This document shows positions 28,095 through 36,753 of a stretch of DNA of 64,000 nucleotides, in pieces; within the stretch, counting starts at the first letter, position 1; each line of letters starts with the position of its first letter. Origin of the DNA: Patescibacteria group bacterium (GTDB lineage Bacteria; Patescibacteriota; Minisyncoccia; Phycocordibacterales; UBA12079); NCBI GenBank assembly GCA_043800905.1, contig JAZDMO010000007.1:1627-65626 (forward strand). The letters are read 5' to 3'. The translations under genes were made by a program, and so were the position numbers. The notes below the pieces were generated by a model. It was not told the DNA's origin. It ran no database searches and saw only the letters and a program-made list of their open reading frames with translations.

Positions 28095-28165
28095 CGCGGG
28101 ATGGTGTAGTGGTCGCACGGGAGGCTCATAACCTCCAGGGGTTTGTTCGATTCAAACTTCCGCAA
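28095..28165 (+). tRNA. tRNA-Met (anticodon CAU), initiator-like with a C1·A72 mismatch
   Basis: Manual fold: acceptor cgcggga/ttccgca with 1-72 C·A; D-stem gtgt/gcac; anticodon stem ggagg/cctcc with loop ctCATaa; 4-nt variable loop; T-arm gtttg-ttcgatt-caaac. CCA is not encoded. Followed by terminator aaaaccaccttaattaaggtggtttt (28170-28205). Confidence 0.6.
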
Positions 28166-28261
28166 CAAGTAAACAAAACCACCTTAATTAAGGTGGTTTT
28201 GTTTTGGGAAGTATTTAAAATTTTTTGTAAATATGTTATATTGTTTTTCGTATTAATAAAT

Positions 28262-28335
28262 GTCGGCGTAGCTCAGTTGGTTAGAGCGCAGCACTCATAA
28301 AGCTGAGGTCGAAGGTTCAACTCCTTCCGTCGACA
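28262..28335 (+). tRNA. tRNA with CAU anticodon: elongator Met or Ile2 (lysidine)
   Basis: Acceptor gtcggcg/cgtcgac; D-arm gctc-agttggtta-gagc; anticodon loop ctCATaa; T-arm gaagg-ttcaact-ccttc. Confidence 0.65.
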
Positions 28336-28387
28336 CACAGATTGTTGAGAAAATTAAGGATATCTGTTAAAGTATGTGTGCACTTTG

Positions 28388-28460
28388 CGGGTGTAGCTCA
28401 GCTGGTTAGAGCGTCCGCCTGTCACGCGGAAGGTCGAGGGTTCAAGTCCCTTCACTCGCG
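28388..28460 (+). tRNA. tRNA-Asp (GUC)
   Basis: Acceptor gcgggtg/cactcgc; anticodon stem tccgc/gcgga with loop ctGTCac; T-arm gaggg-ttcaagt-ccctt. A terminator hairpin follows at 28470-28500. Confidence 0.75.
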
Positions 28461-28551
28461 CAAAATTAAAAAACTGAAACTTTTTGTTTCGGTTTTTTAA
28501 TTTATATTGAAAATATATAGTTTTTCATATATTATTTAAATTGGTTTAAAA

Positions 28552-28627
28552 GCCAATGTAGCTCAGTTGGTAGAGCACCCCCATGGTCAGGGGGAGGTCT
28601 GCGGTTCAATCCCGCACATTGGCTCCA
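28552..28627 (+). tRNA. tRNA-Thr (GGU), CCA encoded
   Basis: Acceptor gccaatg/cattggc; anticodon stem ccccc/ggggg with loop atGGTca; T-arm tgcgg-ttcaatc-ccgca; 3' tcca. Confidence 0.75.
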
Positions 28628-28648
28628 ATTATAGAGGAGATGAGTTTC

Positions 28649-28721
28649 GCCCTCTTAGCTCATCTGGTAGAGCAACGGTATCGTAAATCGTAGGTGGTCG
28701 GTTCAAGTCCGACAGAGGGCT
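28649..28721 (+). tRNA. tRNA-Thr (CGU)
   Basis: Acceptor gccctct/agagggc; D-arm gctc-atctggta-gagc; anticodon stem acggt/atcgt with loop atCGTaa; T-arm gtcgg-ttcaagt-ccgac. Confidence 0.65.
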
Positions 28722-28807
28722 CAATAGATATTTTGGTAGTCGCCTCATCGGCGACCCGCTGGAGAGGAGGGTTCAATTCTGCGAGGTGACTCATGAGTTT
28801 TAATTAT

Positions 28808-28841
28808 ATATTTCAGAATGACATTCTATCATTCTATAGAA
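28808..28841. promoter_or_regulatory. perfect 17-bp-arm palindrome between the tRNA cluster and rsmI; candidate operator or terminator
   Basis: gacattctatcattcta|tagaatgatagaatgtc. AT-rich, approx. 60 bp upstream of the rsmI start. Confidence 0.35.
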
Positions 28842-28899
28842 TGATAGAATGTCTTTAAATTAGCTGGATACAAAATACCAAATACTATATACTAATTTC

Positions 28900-29592
28900 A
28901 TGAATAATTTTTATATTGTCGCTACACCCATAGGAAATTTAGAAGATATTACTTTGCGAGCTTTGAGAATTCTTAAAGAAGTGGATTTAATATTGTGCGA
29001 AGATACTCGGGTGACCAAAAAACTTTTAGATAAATATGAAATACAAACTCCGACTCTTTCTTATCATTCTTTTAGCGGGAAAATTAAAACAGATAAAATT
29101 TTAGATTTGTTGGGAGAAGGAAAAAATTTAGCTTTGGTTTCTGATGCGGGAACTCCAACAATTTCTGATCCCGGATTTCAATTAGTTAAAGAGGTTAAGG
29201 AAAAATTTGGTGAAAAGGTTGTGATTTTACCAATCCCTGGTCCTAGTGCTGTGGTTTCTGCGCTTTCAGTTAGTGGTTTACTAGCGGATTCTTTTACCTT
29301 TTTAGGATTTCTTCCTCATAAAAAAGGGAAACAAACTTTAATTCAAGAAATTTTTGATTCAAAGCGAACTATGGTTTTTTATGAATCTCCACATCGAGTT
29401 TTAAAAACTTTGAAAATGTTGGAAGCAGTAGATGAGCAAAAAGAAAAAAAGATTGTAGTTGCTCGAGAGTTAACTAAAATGTTTGAACAAATCGTTTCTG
29501 GAAATATTTCGGAAGTAATTTTATATTTTGAACAAAATCCAGATAAAGTAAAAGGAGAGTTTGTTGTTTTGGTTGGAGCGATAAAGCATTAA
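28900..29592 (+). CDS. rsmI: 16S rRNA (cytidine1402-2'-O)-methyltransferase RsmI (tetrapyrrole-methylase fold)
   Basis: FYIVATPIGNLEDITLRALRILKEVDLILCEDTRVTKKLL is the canonical RsmI N-terminus. 230 aa. Confidence 0.85.
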   Translation: MNNFYIVATPIGNLEDITLRALRILKEVDLILCEDTRVTKKLLDKYEIQTPTLSYHSFSGKIKTDKILDLLGEGKNLALVSDAGTPTISDPGFQLVKEVKEKFGEKVVILPIPGPSAVVSALSVSGLLADSFTFLGFLPHKKGKQTLIQEIFDSKRTMVFYESPHRVLKTLKMLEAVDEQKEKKIVVARELTKMFEQIVSGNISEVILYFEQNPDKVKGEFVVLVGAIKH

Positions 29593-29610
29593 AACACAAA
29601 AACATAAAAA

Positions 29611-29630
29611 CCTGCCTGCCGGCAGGCAGG
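29611..29630. repeat. 20-bp perfect palindrome cctgcctgccggcaggcagg
   Basis: The same 20-mer occurs at 37292-37311 (inside a CDS) and 58439-58458. Partial copies at 13185 and 63945. Confidence 0.7.
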
Positions 29631-29741
29631 CATTAAAACAAAGACGGTTGCAAAATGACAGTTTTTGTTTTTTGTTCTCGTGCTTTAATGTTCTTGTGTC
29701 TCTAATTTTGTATTCTAAAACAAATACAGTATAATACGGCT

Positions 29742-29957
29742 ATGAAGAAGATAATTTTACTATCATTTATAATAATGGTCACTCCATTTTTAGGGATTCC
29801 AAGTCTTTGGAAAAATGTAATTTTTGTTTTTGCTGGTTTAATTATCATTTTGAATACTTTTTCTGAAAATAAAAAAAATACATCTCATAGTCGTGAAGAA
29901 GTGAAAGATAATGTTTATGTTGAAAATGATAGTTCTGCAGAAATTAAAACAGAATAA
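29742..29957 (+). CDS. hypothetical small membrane protein
   Basis: 71 aa, two TM helices. Overlaps the start of the next ORF. Confidence 0.25.
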   Translation: MKKIILLSFIIMVTPFLGIPSLWKNVIFVFAGLIIILNTFSENKKNTSHSREEVKDNVYVENDSSAEIKTE

Positions 29958-31116
29958 GAAAAAAACTTTTGGTTTTATTGGCATTGGTGCTCTTTTTATG
30001 GGAGTGCTTTTATTGTTTTTCTTAACAGATTTATTTGATTTAACTATTAATTTTAAAAATTCTCGAATTATTGTTGAAAGTAAAACTGAAGAGGTAAAAG
30101 AAGCTTCTCATGTTGAATTACCAAATTCAGTTAGGGGTTTATATATGACTAGTTGGGTAGCTGGAACTAAAAGTATTCGAACTCCTTTGGTGCAATTAAT
30201 TGAAGACACAGAAATTAACGCTATTGTAATTGATATTAAAGACTATACAGGTAAGATCGCTTTTGAGGTGGAAGATGAATATTTGAAAAAATTTGATGCG
30301 GTGGAAAATCGTATTCCTGATATTAAAGAATTTTTGGAATATTTGCATAGCAAAGGTATTTATGTGATTGGGAGAATTTCTGTTTTTCAAGACCCCAACC
30401 TTGTAGCCTTAAGACCAGATTTAGCTGTTAAACAGTCAAAAAATGGACCGGTATGGAAAGATCGAAAAGGGATTTCTTGGCTAGATGCTGGTTCTCAGGA
30501 TGTTTGGGATTATGTAATTGCCATAGCGCATGAATCCTATAAGTTTGGTTTTGATGAATTAAATTTTGATTATATTCGTTTTCCTTCAGATGGCGATATG
30601 AATAATATTTATTATCCTATCAGTGAAGAACGGGTAGAGGCTGATCCTGAAAAAGGAAAAGCTAAAGTAATGCAAGAGTTCTTTGTTTATTTAGATAATA
30701 AAATGAGTGACATTGATGCAGTAATTTCAGCAGATTTATTTGGAATGGTAACAACCAATTCAGATGATTTAAATATCGGTCAGGTTTTGGAATATGCTTT
30801 GCCATTTTTTGATTTCATTTGTCCCATGGTTTACCCTTCACATTATCCAACTGGTTTTATTGGTTTGAAGAATCCAGCTGAACATCCCTATGAAGTAGTT
30901 AAATATTCTATGGAGAGAGCAGTGGGGAAAGCTTTGAATGCTAGTTCAACTCCAAGTAAATTAAGACCATGGTTACAAGATTTTGATTTAGGCGCCGATT
31001 ATACAGCCTCTATGGTACGAGCCCAAATTCAAGCGACTTATGATGTTGGATTAAATTCTTGGTTATTGTGGTCGGCGTCGAACAAATATACTAAAGAAGC
31101 TCTCTACGATAAATAA
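29911..31116 (+). CDS. putative glycoside-hydrolase-like TIM-barrel protein (DUF4015/GHL-type), membrane anchored
   Basis: N-terminal TM helix. NAIVIDIKDYTGKIAFE...GIYVIGRISVFQD...ISWLDAGSQDVWDYVIAIAHESYKFGFDELNFDYIRFP is characteristic of the DUF4015 putative glycosyl hydrolase family. Confidence 0.45.
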   Translation: MFMLKMIVLQKLKQNKKKTFGFIGIGALFMGVLLLFFLTDLFDLTINFKNSRIIVESKTEEVKEASHVELPNSVRGLYMTSWVAGTKSIRTPLVQLIEDTEINAIVIDIKDYTGKIAFEVEDEYLKKFDAVENRIPDIKEFLEYLHSKGIYVIGRISVFQDPNLVALRPDLAVKQSKNGPVWKDRKGISWLDAGSQDVWDYVIAIAHESYKFGFDELNFDYIRFPSDGDMNNIYYPISEERVEADPEKGKAKVMQEFFVYLDNKMSDIDAVISADLFGMVTTNSDDLNIGQVLEYALPFFDFICPMVYPSHYPTGFIGLKNPAEHPYEVVKYSMERAVGKALNASSTPSKLRPWLQDFDLGADYTASMVRAQIQATYDVGLNSWLLWSASNKYTKEALYDK

Positions 31117-31123
31117 AAATTAA

Positions 31124-31162
31124 AATAAAAGGCTCGGCGCTAAAGCGCTGAGCCTTTTATTT
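31124..31162 (+). terminator. intrinsic terminator
   Basis: aaaataaaaggctcggcgctaaagcgctgagccttttatttt. Confidence 0.6.
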
Positions 31163-31202
31163 TAGTATATAGTATTCGGTATTTTGTATTTTGTATAAAT
31201 AA

Positions 31203-31302
31203 GTGACGGTCGCCGAAGGCGACCGTCATTGCGAAATATTTTTAGAGAATTTTTTTGAAAAAATTTTTCAAAAAAATTCTCTAAAAATATTGTGGCAATC
31301 CA
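31203..31302. repeat. palindromic repeat element (gtgacggtcgccgaaggcgaccgtcattgcg + long AT palindrome + gtggcaatccag)
   Basis: gacggtcgccgaaggcgaccgtc hairpin; tagagaatttttttgaaaaaatttttcaaaaaaattctcta palindrome; family terminus gcaatccag. Confidence 0.55.
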
Positions 31303-31404
31303 GAAAAAACTCTTAAATTTTAAACGGCTCAACCTGTTGAGCCGTTTAACAAGGCTATATTGCTTGTTATTTTATGAAAGAAAGTTATTTTTAAAAATTC
31401 ACAC

Positions 31405-31440
31405 TAATGTTGGTTTAACATTGGTGTGTTGTGTTATAAT
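31405..31440 (+). promoter_or_regulatory. candidate sigma70-type promoter with extended -10 (TGtTATAAT) for the ATPase gene
   Basis: ttggtg (31411-31416) ...18 bp... tgttataat (31432-31440). This lies inside the 5' end of the tracked ORF, so the real start codon is probably downstream (possibly GTG 31450, leaderless). Confidence 0.3.
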
Positions 31441-33234
31441 TACAAGAACGTGGAAGAAGAAAAAAACCCAATTACATATTTTGCTGAAGTTGATCGACGA
31501 AATAGGAAAACCCCTTTCGGAATTAAAGCTTCCGATAGAACTCGTCATGTCTATGTCATCGGAAAAACCGGAATGGGAAAATCTACTATGTTGGAAAACA
31601 TGGCTGTGCAAGATATTCAACAAGGAAATGGCCTATGTTTTATTGACCCGCACGGTAGTTCAGTAAAAAAATTTTTAGATTATGTGCCTGAAAATAGAAT
31701 TGATGATGTAATCTATTTTGCCCCTTTTGATGTGGATCACCCCATTGCTTTTAATGTAATGGAAGACGTGGGAGCAGACAAAAGACACTTAGTAGCTCAG
31801 GGTTTGCTTTCGGCTTTCAAGAAAATCTGGGGTGAAGAAACTTTTTCAGACAGAATGGAACACATTACTAATAATACTTTATTGGCTCTTTTGGAATATC
31901 CAGGATCTACCATGTTGGGAATGACTAAAATATTTACCGATGCTAAATATCGAAAGAAGGTGGTGGATAATGTAACTGACCCTTCGGTAAAAGCTTTTTG
32001 GACAGAGGAGTTTGCTGGTTGGGATGATCGTTACCGAAAAGATGCCTATGCCGCTATTTTGAACAAGGTGGGGCAATTTACTTCTAATCCTTTGATTCGA
32101 AATATTATTGGACAAGAAAAATCTTCTTTTGATTTTAGGGATATTTTAGATTCAAAAAAAATTTTGTTGGTGAATCTTTCTATTGGGCAAATTGGTGAAG
32201 CTAACGCAGATTTGTTGGGTTCTATGTTGACTACCAAAATTTATTTAGCCGCCATGAGCCGTGCCGATGTGCGTTCAGCTGAATTACATAATTTACCGAA
32301 TTTTTATTTATATATTGATGAATTTCAAAATTTAGCCAATGATTCTTTTGCTGATATTCTTTCACAGGCGAGAAAGTATAAATTAAATTTAACTTTAGCT
32401 CACCAGTATATTGAACAGATGCCAGAGAAGGTCGCTGCTGCTGTCTTTGGAAACGTGGGGACCATGATTACTTTTAGAGTTGGTGCTACTGATGCAGAAG
32501 TTTTAGAAAAAGAATTTGCGCCTGAATTTACTGCTGAAGATTTAGTTAATCTTGGTTTTGCTCAAATATATCTAAAATTAATGATAGATGGAATTGGTTC
32601 TAATCCTTTTTCAGCAAAAACTTTACCACCAATTCAAGTTCCAAATTTGTCTTTTAAAAATGAAATTCTGGAAGCTTCTCGAAAAAGTTTTACTGTACCA
32701 AGAGAAGAAATCGAAAAGAAAATTATGGAATGGCATGCTTCTGGTGATCCTGCTGGGAAAAAACAAAATCAACCAGTTGTGCCTGTTCCGGTTCAAGAAA
32801 GAAAAGAAATTCCTAATAAAAATTTTAAACCAAGAGATTTTTCTTCAAAAAACAATATTAATCAAGCAAATTCAGCTCCGGTTCGCACTCCAGAAAAACG
32901 TCTAAGTTTAAATGAATTAGGAAATCAGTCCAAAAACATTCGTCAATCAAAATTTGTTAAGCCTAAAATAATTATGCCAGATACTAAGGATTTGAGAACG
33001 GCATTGTCTGAAGCCTTACAAAATGTACAAAATAATTCTTTGAAAAAAGAGAATGAAATGAAAGTTGAAGTAAAGGCGCAGGAAGATACTACTCCAAAAA
33101 CAATTATTAACCCTCCTACAGAAGTAAAAAAGGAAATCAAAGAAAGAGATGAAAGAAAATTGGTGGTACAAGAAATTCCTAAAGATCGGTTGGAAAAACT
33201 TTTGTATGTAAAAAGTCCCGATGAGGAAAAATAG
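31426..33234 (+). CDS. TraD/VirD4/TraG-like (type IV coupling protein family) or DUF87 HerA-like P-loop ATPase with a long K/E-rich low-complexity tail
   Basis: Walker A VIGKTGMGKST; CFIDPHG; Walker B/DE IDEFQNL; the ARKY(K/G)..L.LAHQ motif shared by T4CP and DUF87 ATPases. The C-terminal approx. 170 aa are low-complexity and charged. Confidence 0.55.
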   Translation: MLCYNYKNVEEEKNPITYFAEVDRRNRKTPFGIKASDRTRHVYVIGKTGMGKSTMLENMAVQDIQQGNGLCFIDPHGSSVKKFLDYVPENRIDDVIYFAPFDVDHPIAFNVMEDVGADKRHLVAQGLLSAFKKIWGEETFSDRMEHITNNTLLALLEYPGSTMLGMTKIFTDAKYRKKVVDNVTDPSVKAFWTEEFAGWDDRYRKDAYAAILNKVGQFTSNPLIRNIIGQEKSSFDFRDILDSKKILLVNLSIGQIGEANADLLGSMLTTKIYLAAMSRADVRSAELHNLPNFYLYIDEFQNLANDSFADILSQARKYKLNLTLAHQYIEQMPEKVAAAVFGNVGTMITFRVGATDAEVLEKEFAPEFTAEDLVNLGFAQIYLKLMIDGIGSNPFSAKTLPPIQVPNLSFKNEILEASRKSFTVPREEIEKKIMEWHASGDPAGKKQNQPVVPVPVQERKEIPNKNFKPRDFSSKNNINQANSAPVRTPEKRLSLNELGNQSKNIRQSKFVKPKIIMPDTKDLRTALSEALQNVQNNSLKKENEMKVEVKAQEDTTPKTIINPPTEVKKEIKERDERKLVVQEIPKDRLEKLLYVKSPDEEK

Positions 33235-34675
33235 TTTACAAAAAAACACAGAGAAGTTTATTTTTATGATCGCTCTGTGTTTTTTATTGCCTATTATTTC
33301 TATGGCTCAAGTTGAAATCGTGGAAATTATGTATGACTTACCTGAAGGAAGTGATAGTGGAAGGGAGTGGATAAGAATTTATAATAATGATTCAGAAAGT
33401 GTTAATTTGGATGGTTGGAGACTTTTTGAAGCAGAGACTAATCATAAAATAGTTTCCAGTATTGAAGGCGATTCTATGATTTTGGCAGGAAATACTTCAG
33501 CAATTATTGTAGATAATGTGGAAAAATTTAAAATAGATTGGCCTAATTTTAGTGGTTTAATTTTTGATAGTGCTTTTTCACTTTCCAATACCGGTGAACA
33601 ATTAATTTTAAGAAATATGGATTTAGAAGATGTAGATTCTGTTTCCTACCAAAAAGAGGATGGAGCCAATGGTGATGGAAATACTTTGCAAAAAATTAAT
33701 GGATTTTGGTCCTCTGCTTTGCCCACCTTAGGAACACCTAGCCCCTCCGACTCAGAAGAACAAGACTTGGAGATAGTATCTCCAAGTGATGAAAGTTCGG
33801 GTGAGGAAGAGGTTTCTTTTTCAAATCAGTCTGGAGTTTCTTATTTTCAGCCAAAAATAAAAGCTCATATTTTAGTTTCTCCAAATTTACCAACAGCAGG
33901 AGCAGATTTTTTATTTGAAGGCGAGTCTGTTGGTTTGAATAATTTTCCTTTGGAAAATGAAAAATATATTTGGTCTTTCGGAGATGGGGCTAGAGTGGAA
34001 GGTCAGAAAGTTTTACATGCTTTTGTTTATCCAGGAGATTATTTAGTAACTCTAGAAGTGGTTTCTGGAAAATATTCAGCTATAGATAGAATTAAAATGA
34101 AGGTGGTTGCTCCTGAAATTTTTATTTCGAATGTTTCTAGAGAAATGAATAATTCGTTTATAGAATTAAATAATCCTTCAAAAAATAATATTGATTTATC
34201 GTGGTGGCGTTTTCGGATAGATAATCAATTTTTTACTTTACCTAAAAATACAATACTTTTAGCCAATACTAAAATTGCTTTTTCATCCAAGGTTACTAAC
34301 CTGTATCCACAAATAGGACAGATGGTCTATTTGCTTTATCCTAACGGAGAAATTTTTTATAATTATTTAGAAAATAAAATTGCTGAAGTTCTTCCTCAAT
34401 CAAGTGTCGCTGTTAAAGTTTCTGAACCAATTCAAAAAGAAAACATTATTCCAGAAATAAAAAACACTCAAACCCAAACAGCTTCGGTGGCGGGGAGCCT
34501 TTCTTTTTTGGGAACTTCAACCGAGCAAAAAATAGATGAAGAAAAATTAGATTTTTCTTCTGAAGAGCCTACAGAAAAATCAAAACTATTAAATAAATGG
34601 AGATTGCTTACTATTGCCATCGCTACCATGGCCGTGGGTGGAACAATTTTTGTTTCGGCTATCGATTCAAAATAG
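33221..34675 (+). CDS. secreted/anchored protein with two lamin-tail domains (LTD)
   Basis: Signal peptide. LTD-like repeat 1 EIVEIMYDLPEGSDSGREWIRIYNNDSESVNLDGWRLFE; repeat 2 EIFISNVSREMNNSFIELNNPSKNNIDLSWWRFRI. C-terminal TM anchor TIAIATMAVGGTIFV. Confidence 0.55.
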   Translation: MRKNSLQKNTEKFIFMIALCFLLPIISMAQVEIVEIMYDLPEGSDSGREWIRIYNNDSESVNLDGWRLFEAETNHKIVSSIEGDSMILAGNTSAIIVDNVEKFKIDWPNFSGLIFDSAFSLSNTGEQLILRNMDLEDVDSVSYQKEDGANGDGNTLQKINGFWSSALPTLGTPSPSDSEEQDLEIVSPSDESSGEEEVSFSNQSGVSYFQPKIKAHILVSPNLPTAGADFLFEGESVGLNNFPLENEKYIWSFGDGARVEGQKVLHAFVYPGDYLVTLEVVSGKYSAIDRIKMKVVAPEIFISNVSREMNNSFIELNNPSKNNIDLSWWRFRIDNQFFTLPKNTILLANTKIAFSSKVTNLYPQIGQMVYLLYPNGEIFYNYLENKIAEVLPQSSVAVKVSEPIQKENIIPEIKNTQTQTASVAGSLSFLGTSTEQKIDEEKLDFSSEEPTEKSKLLNKWRLLTIAIATMAVGGTIFVSAIDSK

Positions 34676-34711
34676 CTTAAAAAACAAGATTTTTTATAGT
34701 ATTATAGGGGA

Positions 34712-35581
34712 ATGAAAAAGAAAATAGTTTTAGTGACCGGCGGTGCTGGTTTTATAGGTTCTCATCTAATTGAAGAGTTAGTTAAAGATGAAAATAACCG
34801 AGTTATCTCTCTTGATAATTATTTTACTGGTAAAAAAGAAAATCATATTGTTGGGGCTGAATATATCGAAGGGCATACTAAAGATATTGAATTCCTTGTG
34901 ACTGAAATTCCCGACATTGTTTATCATTTAGGTGAATATTCTCGGGTGTTAACCTCTTTTGAAGATATTGCTTTGGTTTGGGAAATGAATAAATTGGGAA
35001 CTTTTAAAGTTTTAGAATTTTGTCGTAAGAATAAAATTCGTTTGATTTACGCGGGATCAAGTACTAAATTCGGAGAATTCAGTGATAATAATGGAAATGG
35101 TAAAGATCAAAGTCCCTATGCTTGTTTTAAGGCATCGAATACTGATTTGGTAAATAATTATGGAAATTGGTTTGGTTTGGATTATGCGATTACTTATTTT
35201 TATAATGTTTCTGGTGGGCGAGAAATGCGTACTGGAAAATATGCAACTTTGATTGGAATTTTTACTGATAAAAAATTAAAAGGCGAAAAACTTTCAGTGG
35301 TGGCTCCAGGGACACAAAAAAGAGCTTTTACTCATGTGGAAGATACTGTTCGTGGACTTATCTTAGTCGGAGAGAAAGGTCAGGGTGATGGTCACTGTAT
35401 TAGTTCTGAAAAAGAATATTCTATTTTAGAAATTGCTCAAATGTTTGGAGGAGAAATAGAAATGTTGCCAGAAAAAAGAGGTGATAGAAATTTTTCAAAA
35501 ATGGATTTAACTAAAATGAAAGAGTTAGGCTGGGTTGCTGAAAAAGATATAAAAGATTATATTCAAAATATAATTAAATAA
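34712..35581 (+). CDS. NAD-dependent epimerase/dehydratase (extended SDR; UDP-glucuronate decarboxylase/UXS-like)
   Basis: Rossmann VLVTGGAGFIGSHL, DNYFTGKKEN, catalytic YACFK (YxxxK). Confidence 0.7.
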   Translation: MKKKIVLVTGGAGFIGSHLIEELVKDENNRVISLDNYFTGKKENHIVGAEYIEGHTKDIEFLVTEIPDIVYHLGEYSRVLTSFEDIALVWEMNKLGTFKVLEFCRKNKIRLIYAGSSTKFGEFSDNNGNGKDQSPYACFKASNTDLVNNYGNWFGLDYAITYFYNVSGGREMRTGKYATLIGIFTDKKLKGEKLSVVAPGTQKRAFTHVEDTVRGLILVGEKGQGDGHCISSEKEYSILEIAQMFGGEIEMLPEKRGDRNFSKMDLTKMKELGWVAEKDIKDYIQNIIK

Positions 35582-35586
35582 CATAT

Positions 35587-36753
35587 ATGCGAAAAAAGAT
35601 TTTAATATTTTCAACAGCCTACGAGCCCTTTATGTCTGGGGCAGAAGTGGCTGTTAAAGAAATCACTGATCGTTTAGGCGAAAGCTGTGAATTTTTCATG
35701 ATTACAGCACGGATGGATAAAAATTTGTCTAAGAAAGAAAAAATAGGAAATATAAATGTTTTTCGTGTGGGTTTTGGTTTTAAAAATCTGGATAAATTTC
35801 TCCTGCCTTTTTGCGGATTGTGGGTGGCTTTAAAAAATTATAAGAAAGAGAATTATCAAATTGTTTGGTCTATTATGGCAAGTCAGGCGAGTATCGGAGC
35901 TTCTTTTTTTAAGATTTTAAAACCACAGGTTAAATTATTGTTAACTTTGCAAGAAGGAGATGAAGAGGAATATTTAAAAAGATATGTTGGGGGGAGTGAT
36001 TTTTTGTATCGATTTTTAATTCAACCATGGCATCTTTTGGTTTTTCATAAGGCGGATTTGATTCAGACTATTAGTTTTGATTTAAAAAATAGAGCTTTGA
36101 AAAATGAGGTTGTTTGTCCTATTGAGGTTATTCCTAACGGAGTAGATATTGAAAATTTTAGTCAAAAATATTCGGTGACGGAATTAGATTCTTTAGCGAA
36201 AAGTTTAGGTAAAGAAGAAGACGACATTTTTTTAGTACACACGGGGCGTTTTAATTATAAAAATGGTTTAGAAGATTTGATCAAGTCTTTAATTTATTTA
36301 CCCCTTAATATTAAATTACTTTTATTGGGTGGGGGGATTGATGAAGAAAAATTAAAGGAGGTTGTGATGGAACGAAGTTTGGAAAAAAGAGTTAAGTTTT
36401 TGGGTTTTATTAATCATCAAGAATTACCAAAGTATTTGAGAATATCAGATATCTTTGTTCGTCCTTCTTTATCGGAAGGTTTGGGAAATTCTTTTTTGGA
36501 AGCCATGGTGGTTAAATTAGCAGTGATTGCTACCCCAGTGGGAGGTATTCCTGATTTTTTAAAAGACGAAGAAACCGGTTTATTTTGTATCGTACATAAT
36601 CCGGAATCCATAGCCGAAAGAGTGAAGAAAATTTTGGCTGATAAAAAATTGAAAGATTATATAGTTGAAAAAGCTTATAAAATGGTTATTAAAAAATATG
36701 ATTGGAATTTGATTGCTGTTGATATGGGAAAAATATTTGATTCTTTGGTATGA
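35587..36753 (+). CDS. glycosyltransferase family 4 (GT-B, group 1)
   Basis: C-terminal PSLSEGLGNSFLEAMVVKLAVIATPVGGIPDF (EX7E-type motif). Confidence 0.7.
   Translation: MRKKILIFSTAYEPFMSGAEVAVKEITDRLGESCEFFMITARMDKNLSKKEKIGNINVFRVGFGFKNLDKFLLPFCGLWVALKNYKKENYQIVWSIMASQASIGASFFKILKPQVKLLLTLQEGDEEEYLKRYVGGSDFLYRFLIQPWHLLVFHKADLIQTISFDLKNRALKNEVVCPIEVIPNGVDIENFSQKYSVTELDSLAKSLGKEEDDIFLVHTGRFNYKNGLEDLIKSLIYLPLNIKLLLLGGGIDEEKLKEVVMERSLEKRVKFLGFINHQELPKYLRISDIFVRPSLSEGLGNSFLEAMVVKLAVIATPVGGIPDFLKDEETGLFCIVHNPESIAERVKKILADKKLKDYIVEKAYKMVIKKYDWNLIAVDMGKIFDSLV

Noticed and set aside
28109-28300. 63-aa ORF overlapping the tRNA-Met and following tRNA genes
   Set aside because: It is a translation across structured tRNA sequence and a terminator. 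tRNA folds explain the region.
28735-28795. Sixth tRNA gene after tRNA-Thr(CGU)
   Set aside because: I could not fold acceptor, D- and T-arms consistently. It has a CAT-containing hairpin and a T-loop-like gttcaat only. It is reported as an unresolved tRNA-like fragment in the findings rather than as a feature.
31292-31666. 124-aa ORF overlapping the start of the T4CP-like ATPase in another frame
   Set aside because: It overlaps a candidate promoter and the well-supported P-loop gene, with no recognisable domain.
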